IMG/VR virus record: IMGVR_UViG_3300042519_001902
Span: 4,585 to 68,584 of that record
Source: a virus
DNA: 64,000 bases
Direction: 5' to 3' (one strand)
Positions 47,292 through 57,814 of the stretch are shown here, piece after piece. The notes beneath the pieces were generated by a model. That model saw only the letters and a list, made by a program, of their open reading frames with translations. It made no database searches and was not told where the DNA came from. The first letter of the stretch is position 1; every line of letters starts with the position of its first letter. The position numbers were made by a program, and so were the translations under genes.

Positions 47292-50249
47292 ATGGCCTAC
47301 ACACTCAACGACTCTGTACTCGCAACCGTCACCGCAGACTTTGCGACGGATGACCACTTTGGTCTCGACGGAACGACGAACGGTCCACGCAAAGTTCTGT
47401 GCTCCCGCTTTGTCCTTAACGACAAGAGCTACGCGGATCCGTCGTGGATCACCTCGTTGGCTGCGTCGAAGGTCGGTCTGGGTAGCGTCGAGAACAAATC
47501 CAGCGCGACGATTCGCGGCGAGATTACGTCGGGCAACGTCACGACCGCGTTGGGTTTTACGCCGTATGACGCGACCAATCCCAGCGGATACATCACCTCA
47601 TCTGCGCTGTCCCCGTATTTGACCAGCGCCACCGCCGCCAGCACGTACCAGACGGCACTCGTATCCGGCACGTCGATTAAGACGATCAACGGCAACTCGG
47701 TCCTCGGCTCGGGCGACATTACGATAACGGCGAGTTCCGTCACGAACGCAGCCGTCATTTCGGCGCTCGGCTTCACGCCCTACAACGCGACGAATCCCAA
47801 CGGATACACGGCGAACGTGGGCACGGTTACGGGCGTGACGGCGACCGGCCCCGTGGTATCATCGGGCGGCACGGCTCCGGTGATCAGCATGGCGGCGGCG
47901 ACCGCGAGCGTGCCGGGCTACCTCACCGCAGCGGACTGGGCGACTTTTAACGGCAAGCAAGCGGCGTTGGGTTTCACGCCCTACAACAGCAGCAATCCGA
48001 GCGGATACATCACGTCGAGCGGTTCGATCAGCGGCAACGCGGCGACAGCAACGACGGCGGCAAATGTCAGCGCGGGAGCAGACCAAGCCATCGTAAACCA
48101 AAACAACGGAAACGCCTCAGCTTGGTATGGTCGCATAGTGTCCAAAAACTCTACCAGCGACCGAGCCGCTTTCTTGGGAACGTATGGTTCGATAGCTGGC
48201 GTTTTTGCGCATAACAACGCAATGACCGCGTGGGCTGATCTATACATTAACACCGTAGATGGCAGCAGCGGCGGCATTATTCGGATGACCTCCAGCGTGT
48301 TTATGGCGGGCAATCAAGCTCTGCACGCCGGTAACTACACCAGCTATTCCCCATCCCTGACCGGCTCCGGGGCGAGCGGGACGTGGGGCATCAGCATTAG
48401 CGGCAACGCATCGACCGCTTACGGGCTCAATGTTCACACCGCCAGAAACAACGAGGCGAACAAGGTCGTCAGAACGGACGCCAGCGGGTACATTCAAGCG
48501 GGATGGATTAACACCGACTCCGGCGACAACGGCACGACAGCAATTAGCCGGGTGTATGCCTCTCACGACGGGTATGTCCGCTACTACACACCGACGAATT
48601 TCAGAACGGTTCTTGATGTTCCGACGAGGACGGGCGGCAGCGCGAGCGGGAGCTGGGGCATCTCCGTCACGGGCACCGCATCGAACATCACGGCCTACAC
48701 GATCAACCAGAGTCTCGGCACCGGAAACGGCCCCACCTTCGATCAGGTCTACGTCGCCGGTTGGTTCCGCAACGTCGGAGATCAGGGGTTGTACAACAGC
48801 ACCCACGGACACCACTTCTACGCAACCAGCAACCAATACTTTAACCTGGCCGGGAATGACGGTTCCGTGTGCGGTTTAATCCTTCGTACCGGAGGTCATC
48901 AGGGCGCGATTCGCGGTTACGTGTACGCAAATAATGGCAACAGCGTCGGCTTCCTCTCTCAGGACGCTAACTGGCAGATTCGCTGCACCAACAGCGAGGT
49001 CGAACTCTACGACACTACCTACGCTAACGATTTTCGGACATACATCACGTACGACCGCAACGACACGTCTTACTTCCTCGATCCCAATTCAAGCAGCACA
49101 CTAAGGACGATTACCAACAGAGGGTGGCTCTACATCAACGAGAACTACGGGCACTCCGTGGTGGGGGTGTACGCTTCGGAACGGTATCAGGGCGTGTTTG
49201 CGATGGGAGACTCGTACAAACTTCCTGCGGACGGAACGAGTACCGGCGGATTGTACGGTCTTGCTTGGTCGCACCCCAACGCGGGCGGCGCGGCAAGCAA
49301 CCTCAACGATCACGGGCTTTTGGTCATAAATGCCGGTTCTTTCAAGGCCGCGATCTCAGCCAGCATCCGGTGCGTGACGGATATGCGTGCCCCGAATTTC
49401 ACGGACTACAACGACTCGGCGTACTACATCGACCCCAATTCAGACTCTAACTGGCAAGGTCTGACGCAAAGAGGTAAGGCCCAAACTGGTCTGACCGGGC
49501 GGAGTAACTGGAGACGCCCAGCTATCACAAGCGATACCGCTTACTGGGGCGGTCAAATGGGTTGGGGACAAGAAAACCTAGATACTGTCTTTGACTGGGG
49601 TACTGGCTTTTGGGACACTTGGGGCAACCCCGCCAATCAGCCGACCGGCACCTCTCATTGGACGGGGATTAACTGCCAGCACCATGTTTCGTATGGCTGG
49701 CAGATGGCCGGGGGCGCTGGTGATCCAGCCCTAACTTTCATCCGAGCCCGCTGGGGCGGTGGATGGACACCTTGGTACAAAGTCGCCATCTACGGAAGCA
49801 ACACCGAGGCGAACCGAACTTTCTACGCGCAGCAGTTCATCGATGCCGAAAATACGGGATACTATTGTGACCCGAACAACACCAGCCGCCTAAATGCGGT
49901 GGTCGCGGACAACCTCTACGCCTATGGCACGGTCACCGCGTACTACTCCGACGACCGCCTCAAGACTCGTTTCGCCAACATCGTCGGCGCACTCGACAAG
50001 GTCTGTTCGTTAAACGGGTTTTTCTACGTCGGTAACGCAGTGGCCCAGAGCCTCGGTTACAAATCGAAAATGGAGGTCGGTCTGTCGGCTCAGGAGATGC
50101 AGCGCGTCCTGCCCGAGGTCGTCGTACCCGCGCCCGTCGATGAGACGTACCTGACGATCCAGTACGACCGCGTCGTGCCGCTCCTCGTCGAGGCCATCAA
50201 AGAACTTCGTTTAGAACTCAACCAGCTCAAGTCCCTCGTAAAATTATGA
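47292..50249 (+). CDS. Tail fiber with C-terminal intramolecular chaperone (peptidase S74)
   Basis: ALGFTPY repeats, YY.DPN repeats, YSD.RLK...GLSAQE..VLPE.V...Y..VVPLLVEAIKEL. Confidence 0.9.
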   Translation: MAYTLNDSVLATVTADFATDDHFGLDGTTNGPRKVLCSRFVLNDKSYADPSWITSLAASKVGLGSVENKSSATIRGEITSGNVTTALGFTPYDATNPSGYITSSALSPYLTSATAASTYQTALVSGTSIKTINGNSVLGSGDITITASSVTNAAVISALGFTPYNATNPNGYTANVGTVTGVTATGPVVSSGGTAPVISMAAATASVPGYLTAADWATFNGKQAALGFTPYNSSNPSGYITSSGSISGNAATATTAANVSAGADQAIVNQNNGNASAWYGRIVSKNSTSDRAAFLGTYGSIAGVFAHNNAMTAWADLYINTVDGSSGGIIRMTSSVFMAGNQALHAGNYTSYSPSLTGSGASGTWGISISGNASTAYGLNVHTARNNEANKVVRTDASGYIQAGWINTDSGDNGTTAISRVYASHDGYVRYYTPTNFRTVLDVPTRTGGSASGSWGISVTGTASNITAYTINQSLGTGNGPTFDQVYVAGWFRNVGDQGLYNSTHGHHFYATSNQYFNLAGNDGSVCGLILRTGGHQGAIRGYVYANNGNSVGFLSQDANWQIRCTNSEVELYDTTYANDFRTYITYDRNDTSYFLDPNSSSTLRTITNRGWLYINENYGHSVVGVYASERYQGVFAMGDSYKLPADGTSTGGLYGLAWSHPNAGGAASNLNDHGLLVINAGSFKAAISASIRCVTDMRAPNFTDYNDSAYYIDPNSDSNWQGLTQRGKAQTGLTGRSNWRRPAITSDTAYWGGQMGWGQENLDTVFDWGTGFWDTWGNPANQPTGTSHWTGINCQHHVSYGWQMAGGAGDPALTFIRARWGGGWTPWYKVAIYGSNTEANRTFYAQQFIDAENTGYYCDPNNTSRLNAVVADNLYAYGTVTAYYSDDRLKTRFANIVGALDKVCSLNGFFYVGNAVAQSLGYKSKMEVGLSAQEMQRVLPEVVVPAPVDETYLTIQYDRVVPLLVEAIKELRLELNQLKSLVKL

Positions 50250-50605
50250 TCACATACTCATGGAAAGTAACCGGCGTGAAAACGCTTACTCAAGGCACTA
50301 ACGCCAACGCCGTCGTCCAAACGTACTGGAAAAAAATCGGCACCGACGAAAACGGTAAAGTCGGTGAGTTCTCCGGCGCGACTCCGTTCGATGCGTCCAA
50401 CATCCCCGCCGACAAGTTCGTGCCGTTCGACCAACTGACCGAGGCAATCGTCGTTGGCTGGATTCAATCGGTCGTGGTCGGGAGCTACGAGAAACACGTC
50501 AACGACCAGATCGCCAAGGCACTCGCGCCGCAAGCGGTCGAGGCGTCGATGCCGTGGGCACCGCCCACTGAACCCGTCACGCCCACGCCTCCGGCCCCCG
50601 TCTGA
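50246..50605 (+). CDS. Tail fiber accessory protein
   Basis: TYSW.V...YW...G.D..G...FVPFD.LTE..V.GW...MPW; usual neighbour of S74 fibers. Confidence 0.7.
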   Translation: MITYSWKVTGVKTLTQGTNANAVVQTYWKKIGTDENGKVGEFSGATPFDASNIPADKFVPFDQLTEAIVVGWIQSVVVGSYEKHVNDQIAKALAPQAVEASMPWAPPTEPVTPTPPAPV

Positions 50606-50859
50606 TGAACCTCCCGATTCAGCCCATTCAGGCGAAGACCATCGGTGGGCAGGTCGTGTTCGGCCTCAAGCCGGTCGCGGTGACTATCAGCGGGGTGCAG
50701 ACTCAAGTGGTCGTGGCCTTCTTCGGCGACGATGCCTTGGCCTCAGCCGTCCCTCTGAGTAGCTTCGACATTACCCCCGAGGAATACTCGGCGTGGGGGA
50801 TCGACGACGGCTACCTCATCGACCTCGCGTGCGCCAAACTAGACTGCGTAAAGGCGTAA
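50605..50859 (+). CDS. Hypothetical protein
   Basis: EY.AWG.DD.Y.I...C.KL. Confidence 0.65.
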   Translation: MNLPIQPIQAKTIGGQVVFGLKPVAVTISGVQTQVVVAFFGDDALASAVPLSSFDITPEEYSAWGIDDGYLIDLACAKLDCVKA

Positions 50860-50863
50860 ACCC

Positions 50864-51466
50864 ATGCCACTCGTCGCAGCTCCAAGATACGACAGCCACT
50901 ACGTCTCTACCGGCAGCGGCGTGACGGGCACCACCGTGACCGGGGGCGCGACGTTCACGGGTATGCTGTCGGATAATAGCGACGGAAACGACTGGAATTC
51001 TGGGATCGGGAGCCCGCGCATCTACGTCATCGCGTGGGATGTAACCAAGCCCAACGGCTCGACCCTCCGCGTGATGGACTGGATTCCCGGTGGGCCGATT
51101 GGCAGCGTGGGGCAAGAGAACACGGTCTCTCATAGTGGTAGCTTCGTCGCGGATCAGGCCGGTACCTACAATTACTCGTTTGAGTGCATGGACGCTCGTC
51201 CGTGGTTCACCCGCGCAGGGTACGGGAGTTTCAGCATCGCGCAGGCGTGGGCCTACGTCAGCGTGCCCAACCCGCTAGGGCTGCGGCGCGACGGCACCGA
51301 CATTCGCGGGCTCTACGAGCACCGGCACGACAACACCGGAAAACGCGCCGACGTCGGCATCCGCTACGGTGGTACCGACATCTCAAATTATTTTCAGCCC
51401 GGAGCCAACGGCTACGACAGCGGCTTCCGCTCGGGCGGCTCTTCGCTCGGATCGCTCTTCGGCTAA
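50864..51466 (+). CDS. Putative tail-associated protein
   Basis: Gly/Ser/Thr-rich beta protein; GTDI repeats. Confidence 0.6.
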   Translation: MPLVAAPRYDSHYVSTGSGVTGTTVTGGATFTGMLSDNSDGNDWNSGIGSPRIYVIAWDVTKPNGSTLRVMDWIPGGPIGSVGQENTVSHSGSFVADQAGTYNYSFECMDARPWFTRAGYGSFSIAQAWAYVSVPNPLGLRRDGTDIRGLYEHRHDNTGKRADVGIRYGGTDISNYFQPGANGYDSGFRSGGSSLGSLFG

Positions 51467-51520
51467 TTTTGCTTGTAAAGCAGGCACACGGTAACAAAAA
51501 ATAACAACGCAACCACACAT

Positions 51521-51919
51521 ATGGATACCACACTACGTAACGTCATCAGTCTGTTCGGAACCCTTCGATCCCTTAACGGGAAAGAAGTCGAAACCACGGT
51601 GGAGGGTCAGAAGAAAGTCAGCGTCGAACCCTACCACTTTTCCTCCAAAGCCTGCTGGGCTGTCGCCAAGAACTTGAGTATCCTCAAGCCGCACATCGAG
51701 GCGTTTGAGGCCGCTCGTACCGCCTTGGCCGGCGGTCTCGGCGACGTGAACGGCGACGCCATCAAGCGCGAGCAGTTCATCAAGGGTCTCAACGACCTCC
51801 TCGACCAACCGGTCGTCGTCGACGAAATGCTTAAGATCCCACTGGTCGGACTTAATTTAGATAAGAACGCCATCCAGCCCGGGGTGCTCGCCGACATCAC
51901 CCACCTGATCGTAGAGTAG
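51521..51919 (+). CDS. Hypothetical protein (paralog of 36306-36686)
   Basis: Shared motifs with 36306-36686. Confidence 0.65.
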   Translation: MDTTLRNVISLFGTLRSLNGKEVETTVEGQKKVSVEPYHFSSKACWAVAKNLSILKPHIEAFEAARTALAGGLGDVNGDAIKREQFIKGLNDLLDQPVVVDEMLKIPLVGLNLDKNAIQPGVLADITHLIVE

Positions 51920-51927
51920 CCATCACC

Positions 51928-52386
51928 ATGGATATCACCACTCTCTTCGCTGGCCCGTTAGGCGGAATCCTCGGATTGGGTGGTGCCATTTTCCAAAAGT
52001 GGATGGGCATGAAGGAGGCTAAGCAGAACCATGAGTTCAAGGTAGCCGAGATGGAGATGTCTGCGAAGATTGATGTGCAGAAAGCGGACATCACGTACCG
52101 GCAGACGGTCGAGGAGGCCAATGCCGCGTCGTTCGCAGCGGCGATCAAAGCACAGGGGTCTCTCGCCTCAACCGGGGTGACTGCGAACATCATGACCCTG
52201 TTCCGCCCGGGACTGACACTGGCCCTCTGGATCACTGCTACGTCCATGAGCATCATCTACCGCAACGAAGATCCTGCGATGATGGAGTTCATCATCACCT
52301 CGACTTTTTCGATGTTCTCAATGGCGACAGGCTACTGGTTCGGCGTGCGCTCCGAGGAGAAATTTAAATCGAGCTCAAAAAAATAA
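51928..52386 (+). CDS. Holin-like membrane protein
   Basis: GG..GL.G N-terminal helix, RP.LT, two C-terminal TM helices, YWFG.R. Confidence 0.7.
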   Translation: MDITTLFAGPLGGILGLGGAIFQKWMGMKEAKQNHEFKVAEMEMSAKIDVQKADITYRQTVEEANAASFAAAIKAQGSLASTGVTANIMTLFRPGLTLALWITATSMSIIYRNEDPAMMEFIITSTFSMFSMATGYWFGVRSEEKFKSSSKK

Positions 52387-52399
52387 GGAATCCAACCCG

Positions 52400-52732
52400 A
52401 TGCTGAACGAACAGAAGGATCTCATGGAAGTGGCTCGGCTCTGGCGAGAGACCGGCTGGCTCACGGCTGTCATCGGTGGCGCGGGCATGACCGCCCGGTT
52501 GCTGGCTAACCCAATTCAAGGCACGACGTGGGACAGCATCCGCCGCATCCTGATGGCGGCTATCGTCAGCACCATCGCGTGGTTCATCGTCGAGCAGATC
52601 GACGGGCTGAGCTCCCTAGTGAAAGCAATCACGTACGGGGTAGCCGGCGTGGTAGCGCCAGAGCTGTTAGAGGGGATCACGACCCTCGCCAAAAAATACG
52701 CCAAGAATCCGACCAAGGTCCTCAAGAAATAA
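52400..52732 (+). CDS. Holin-like membrane protein (3 TM)
   Basis: Three hydrophobic helices, G..G..A.E pattern, basic C-terminus. Confidence 0.65.
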   Translation: MLNEQKDLMEVARLWRETGWLTAVIGGAGMTARLLANPIQGTTWDSIRRILMAAIVSTIAWFIVEQIDGLSSLVKAITYGVAGVVAPELLEGITTLAKKYAKNPTKVLKK

Positions 52733-53331
52733 TGAACCCGAAGGTCATTACTGCTCTACTTGCTGCGGTCGTCATCTGCTTCGCTGGCGTCGGAGCGTTG
52801 ACCGTGAAGTCAGTCTCCGGGCACATCGCCGCGAGCGACAAAGAATTTGCCCTGACGAGCAACGTGCTGAGTCCGATGTTCGACATTTACGGACTCGCAA
52901 TCGTGGACTCTCAAGCCAAGGCGAGCAAGGGGCTGATCGACGCAAAGGAGTTCTGTGCCTCACTAACCGGGCTGGAGTCTGAAGCCGAGCGGTTGATTAG
53001 CGAGTTCGGCAATCCGCCCGAGTTGGTCGCGCAGCACGGGCTCGTTAAAGCCTACTTGCGAAAAGTGCGCGTGGCCTGCGACAGCGGACAGATCGAGACG
53101 CTGAACTCTGCGACGATGACCGCCGAACTGTACAGCGTCATCGAGCCGATGACCGAGTCGATCAACAAAATGCTAGCTAACAATCTGGCGATCTCTCGCG
53201 GGCACAAAGACTCGGCAGACCGGGCGCTGATCACGTTTGAGCGGTTCGCCTCGGTGGCTGCGGGGCTGGGCATCGTCTTCGCCATCGCGCCGTGGATTGG
53301 CCGCAAAACTAAAAAAAGGGGGAAGAGGTAA
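52732..53331 (+). CDS. Two-TM protein with MCP-type four-helix-bundle sensor domain and no signalling domain
   Basis: TM - L..M.D.Y...IVD...K...G ... ELY.VI.P....I..M....L - TM - KTKKRGKR; TAATG overlap with the holin-like gene. Confidence 0.65.
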   Translation: MNPKVITALLAAVVICFAGVGALTVKSVSGHIAASDKEFALTSNVLSPMFDIYGLAIVDSQAKASKGLIDAKEFCASLTGLESEAERLISEFGNPPELVAQHGLVKAYLRKVRVACDSGQIETLNSATMTAELYSVIEPMTESINKMLANNLAISRGHKDSADRALITFERFASVAAGLGIVFAIAPWIGRKTKKRGKR

Positions 53332-55227
53332 ATGGCCCGCGAAACTACCTTTTCCGTTCGCGCCACCCAAGGCGGTCGGCTGATGAACACCCCATCCGTC
53401 GACAACGTCGGAGTGGGGAACTACGCCATCAAGACGAACTGGCGGCGCGAGAACGACGCCGAGGTTCCTCGCGAGGGGCACCTCCCGTTCAAAGGGAACA
53501 CCGCTCTTTCCAACGACTCGGCCCAGACTCTATCCATCGGCTCCGACATCATCGGCCTGTGGGAAGCCACTCGCCCCAACGGAGATCGCGCCATCGTCGC
53601 CGCCAGCAAGACAACGATCTACCGCTTCGACTACACCACCGGAACGTGGCTGACCATCGGCTCCGGCTTCTCGGCGAGCACCACCAACTGGGAGGGCGAA
53701 CAGCTCGACGGCTACCTGATCCTGAATAACGGCATCGATCTCCCCGTCACGTTCCGCGTCGAGTCCAGCGAGGTATCCCCGATCTACGAGCTGCGGGAGA
53801 ACGGGATCGCCTCAGTCGGGCACATCGCGACGCACAACGGGTTTCTCGTTTGTGCCGACATCTCCGAGGTCGCGAGCACCCACCTGACGACGTTGATGAA
53901 CAGCGCGACCCCGTACGGGGTGGTGAGCGCGGCCAATGTTAACCGGATCCGCTACAAACTTTCATGGAGCGACTTTGGCGCACCTCGCAACTGGTCGCCG
54001 GTCGTCTCCGGTACGATCCAGTCCGCGACCAAGAACAAGGTCACCCTCGTGTTCCCGATGCCCGTCACCTTCGGCGTCGGCAGCAAGCTCGGCATCATCG
54101 GCGCTGGCCCCAATGGGACGACCCTCGGCGGTCAGTCCGGCTACGACGACGGCGTCACCGTCACAGCGGTCAACGGATCCGAACTCACGCTGAACCTGAC
54201 GGCGGATGCGTCTCTGACCTACCCGCTGAACGTCTCCGTCACGCGCTTCGCTGACGTGTCCACCTTCGCCGGCAGCAGCAGCATCAAGGATGACTCGTCC
54301 GCCATTCTGGCGGTCCGCTCGCTGAAGCAGGTTCTCATCGTCTACCGCGAAACCGGCATCTGGATCGGGCGTTACACGGGCTCCGTCGAGACTCCGTTCC
54401 AGTTTCGGCCCGCGTATAAGGGTCCAAACGTGCTGGCGCATCCTCGCGCCATTGCCGACATCGACGGCGACTATCATCTCTTCGTCGGCCCCGATAGCGT
54501 GTACCGCTTCGATGGAGCCGGGAGCCCCGCTATCCACCGGACAACCACTGACGCGAGCGCCCTGCTCTTTGCGTCGATTAGTGCGGCTCCGTCCGACTCG
54601 GCAGAGAAAGTCTTCGTCTCGCACAACTCGATCACGCGTGAGTGGTGGTTCCACTACTCGGGCGGCGTGCTCGCCTACAGCTACCTTTACGACTCGTGCA
54701 GCACCATCGACACGCCGTACACCGCTGCGGTGATCGTGCGAAAGCCGAATTCCTCCGATAACATCCCGTGGTCCGTCACTGCTGCGGGCGGTAAAGTGCT
54801 GCAACACGCCGTCCTCGACTCTGGGCCGATCTGCTACACCCGCTCCAGCGTACTGGGGGTAACCACCCCCGTCACCTGCGTGCTCAAACGCGGCGAGATC
54901 ACGCTCAACGACGATGAGTCGGAGAAGGACATCAACAGTTACCTGCCGCTGTTTGCGGCGATCCCGCAGGCGACCGGAAGTCAGTTGACGGTGACCCTTT
55001 TTGGCCGAGACAACATCGCTCAGCCCCCGGAGACCCTGTGCTCCGTCACGTTGGAGGACGCGACGATCAGCCCCTTGATCGAAACGCATTTCAGAAACGT
55101 GTACTTCAGCGACTCGATTACCTACGTGCCCGGATCCACGACCCAGGTGGCAAAGCTGCTCGGCTGCACCTACAGCTTCAGCCGCGTCGGCTCTCGCGGC
55201 GTAACCCGACACGATGGCACTCTCTGA
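53332..55227 (+). CDS. Tail nozzle / tail tubular protein B-like
   Basis: LILNNG, WSD.G.P.NW, LIVY.E..IW; beta-propeller-like. Confidence 0.7.
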   Translation: MARETTFSVRATQGGRLMNTPSVDNVGVGNYAIKTNWRRENDAEVPREGHLPFKGNTALSNDSAQTLSIGSDIIGLWEATRPNGDRAIVAASKTTIYRFDYTTGTWLTIGSGFSASTTNWEGEQLDGYLILNNGIDLPVTFRVESSEVSPIYELRENGIASVGHIATHNGFLVCADISEVASTHLTTLMNSATPYGVVSAANVNRIRYKLSWSDFGAPRNWSPVVSGTIQSATKNKVTLVFPMPVTFGVGSKLGIIGAGPNGTTLGGQSGYDDGVTVTAVNGSELTLNLTADASLTYPLNVSVTRFADVSTFAGSSSIKDDSSAILAVRSLKQVLIVYRETGIWIGRYTGSVETPFQFRPAYKGPNVLAHPRAIADIDGDYHLFVGPDSVYRFDGAGSPAIHRTTTDASALLFASISAAPSDSAEKVFVSHNSITREWWFHYSGGVLAYSYLYDSCSTIDTPYTAAVIVRKPNSSDNIPWSVTAAGGKVLQHAVLDSGPICYTRSSVLGVTTPVTCVLKRGEITLNDDESEKDINSYLPLFAAIPQATGSQLTVTLFGRDNIAQPPETLCSVTLEDATISPLIETHFRNVYFSDSITYVPGSTTQVAKLLGCTYSFSRVGSRGVTRHDGTL

Positions 55228-57814
55228 CAAAACCCAGTTCGATGACCGCATCGCGGCCACGTTCTCGACGATCCCGTCGAAGTATCCGCCGCTGCCCAAC
55301 GATGTCCTGAAGCGGTTCCCGTCGCTGGAGAGCTGGCAGACGGAGCAGTCGCGCCTCATTGCTCGCGTAAGAGAGGCGCTGGACTCGATGGGCTCGGACT
55401 TCGGGATTCCCCTCAACAAGGCGCAAGCTACCCAGGAACTCCTGTCGAAGACGGTGGCGACGCAGTACGACGAGCTGTCGGCCCGCATCACGTCCGAGAC
55501 CACGATCCTAGTGGACGAGAACCAGGCACTCGCGCAGCGCACGACCACGATTGAATCCACGATCAACACGCCGACTACCGGTCTGTTGGCTCGGATCAAC
55601 ACGGTTGAGACCACCTACGCGACCAAGGACTTCGCTCTAGCGAAGAAGGAAGAAGCCATCACGGCAGCGGTGACATCGGCGAACGGCTACACGGCTGGAC
55701 AGATAACGTCTCTGTCTTCGGTTTACGCCACGCCTACGTTCGTCGAGACGAAAAAGTCCGAGGCGATAACCGCTGCGGTGACTTCGGCGAATAGCAGCAC
55801 TGACGGGAAAATCAGTGCTCTGTCCTCGGTCTATGCCACTCCTTTGTTCGTTGAGACGAAGAAGACTGAAGCCATCGCGGCAGCGGTGACTTCGGCGAAT
55901 AGCAGTACTGACGGGAAAATCAGTGCTCTGTCTTCGGTTTACGCTACGCCTACGTTTGTTGAGACGAAAAAGTCCGAAGCAATCTCGGCAGCGGCGACCG
56001 CAGCGACAGGCTACACCGATGGTCAGATAAGCAGCCTGTCCTCGGTTTACGCCACGCCTTTGCAGGTCACGTCCACAGTTAACAACCTCATCTCCGCTTC
56101 CGTCGGGAGCACATCCGGTACTATCGGAGCAGCCATCGAGACCGAGCGACTGGCGAGGGCAAACGCCGACGGTAACCTGTCCGGTAAATTCAGCCTCAAG
56201 GTGACCGCCGGAAACGTGGTCACGGGCATGAACATCACCAGCTCCACAGGGGCTGGGACGGATGTCAGCTCGGTCACGTTCCTCGCGTCTGAGTTCAAGA
56301 TTTTCAACTCAACCACCGGCATCGCGCCCTTTGCCGTGGTAGACGGGGTGGTGATTGCGCAGAACATGTTGATCAGCGGAACGCTCCTGGTTAGCGGCAG
56401 CATCGCCGCGAGCCGGTTGAACTTCGTCCCCGTTAGCTCGACCAACGTAGTCGCTTCGATCAACGCCACGGCTGAAGGCATCCAGATCAGCGGTTCTAGA
56501 ATCCAGATTAACGGCAGTACTACATTCTCAAGCGGGTACGATCCTTCGACGAAACTCACACCCGGCAGCGCAGCGGCTGACATCAACGCAAACACCACGA
56601 CAATCAGTGGTGGGAAGATCACGGCGCGTTCTATTTCAGCGAGTCAGATTCAGGCGGGAACGATTACGGCTAACGAGATCTTTGCTGGGACGATTACGGC
56701 AGCGCAGCTCAACTTTACGCCCGTCACATCAACCAACGTCATCGCCTCGATCAACGCGACGATTGAGGGCGGGTTGCGGATCACCGGGTCAAAGATCGAG
56801 ATCAGTGGCAGTACTACATTCTCAAGCGGGTATGATCCTTCAACGAAACTCACACCCGGCAGCGCAGCGGCTGACATCAACGCAAACACCACGACAATCA
56901 ACGGTGGGAAAATTACGGCAAATAGTATCACCGCTTCCCAGATAGACGTATCGACCCTTTCGCTGAGCTCTAGTCAGATCGGCGGGACCGCAGTTACCCT
57001 ATCCGCAATTGGTTCGGGGCTAAACATCACCAGCGGCGGGGTAATTTTGAGCGGAACTTCGGCTATCCGAAGCAGTAACTACGTTACCGGTTCGGCGGGT
57101 TGGGCGATAAAGGCCGACGGATCTGTTGAGTTCTCCAGCGGTACGTTCAGGGGAAGCCTCTCCGGTGCCACGGGTACGTTTGCTGGAGCTCTCGACGTCG
57201 GAACAGGGAGGGAACGAAAGCGGATAGAACCTTCAGGGTTGTATGTCGGTGATCTGGTTGCATTTAATAATGTTGGGTTAGACACGGTCCTTTATTTTAC
57301 CAGCTATATTACTGCGTCGAGGACGATGTACTTTCGCAGTGGCGGATATACGCCTGAGATTCGCATAGGCGATAGCTTGTACACGGTTTTTGAAAATCTT
57401 GGTTTTTCCGCAAGTCACGACGGGGCTTTTGCTCGTAGTATGACCGTCGGCCTCAGCGGGTTGACTGTACGGGGCGGTGGATTGAACGTACAGAACGGCG
57501 GGGTAAACCAGGCGACGATCAGTGCCGCCGGCGACGCAACTTTTTTAGGGGCCGTTACCACGACCAACAACACCTACTCGGGCAGTTTCTCCAGCAACGG
57601 AAACGCCACGTTCGGATCGCTGACGAACACGCCTTTCTCCAACGCAGCCATCGATGCATTTACCAACACGACCTTCTATTTTCACCCGAACGGCAACAAC
57701 AGCGTGAGCGGCGGTGAAGACGGCGGCACAGTGGGCGCGACCACCGGCACCTACATCGCAATTCGGTACAACGGACGCACCGTCTGGGTGCCCTTCTTTA
57801 CTGCTTTACCTTGA
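55214..57814 (+). CDS. Tail fiber / host-specificity protein
   Basis: Coiled coil, 36-aa repeats, V.GM...F.A..F.I..PF.V, ITA..I repeats, GW.I..DG..EF. Confidence 0.8.
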   Translation: MALSDKTQFDDRIAATFSTIPSKYPPLPNDVLKRFPSLESWQTEQSRLIARVREALDSMGSDFGIPLNKAQATQELLSKTVATQYDELSARITSETTILVDENQALAQRTTTIESTINTPTTGLLARINTVETTYATKDFALAKKEEAITAAVTSANGYTAGQITSLSSVYATPTFVETKKSEAITAAVTSANSSTDGKISALSSVYATPLFVETKKTEAIAAAVTSANSSTDGKISALSSVYATPTFVETKKSEAISAAATAATGYTDGQISSLSSVYATPLQVTSTVNNLISASVGSTSGTIGAAIETERLARANADGNLSGKFSLKVTAGNVVTGMNITSSTGAGTDVSSVTFLASEFKIFNSTTGIAPFAVVDGVVIAQNMLISGTLLVSGSIAASRLNFVPVSSTNVVASINATAEGIQISGSRIQINGSTTFSSGYDPSTKLTPGSAAADINANTTTISGGKITARSISASQIQAGTITANEIFAGTITAAQLNFTPVTSTNVIASINATIEGGLRITGSKIEISGSTTFSSGYDPSTKLTPGSAAADINANTTTINGGKITANSITASQIDVSTLSLSSSQIGGTAVTLSAIGSGLNITSGGVILSGTSAIRSSNYVTGSAGWAIKADGSVEFSSGTFRGSLSGATGTFAGALDVGTGRERKRIEPSGLYVGDLVAFNNVGLDTVLYFTSYITASRTMYFRSGGYTPEIRIGDSLYTVFENLGFSASHDGAFARSMTVGLSGLTVRGGGLNVQNGGVNQATISAAGDATFLGAVTTTNNTYSGSFSSNGNATFGSLTNTPFSNAAIDAFTNTTFYFHPNGNNSVSGGEDGGTVGATTGTYIAIRYNGRTVWVPFFTALP

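Noticed and set aside
36306-51919. Paralog pair 36306-36686 / 51521-51919 as a novel system
   Set aside because: Similarity is real, but it looks like an ordinary small duplicated phage family with no further signal
56513-56900. DGR template/variable repeat pair
   Set aside because: Both copies are in frame in one gene, differences are synonymous, and no reverse transcriptase is present
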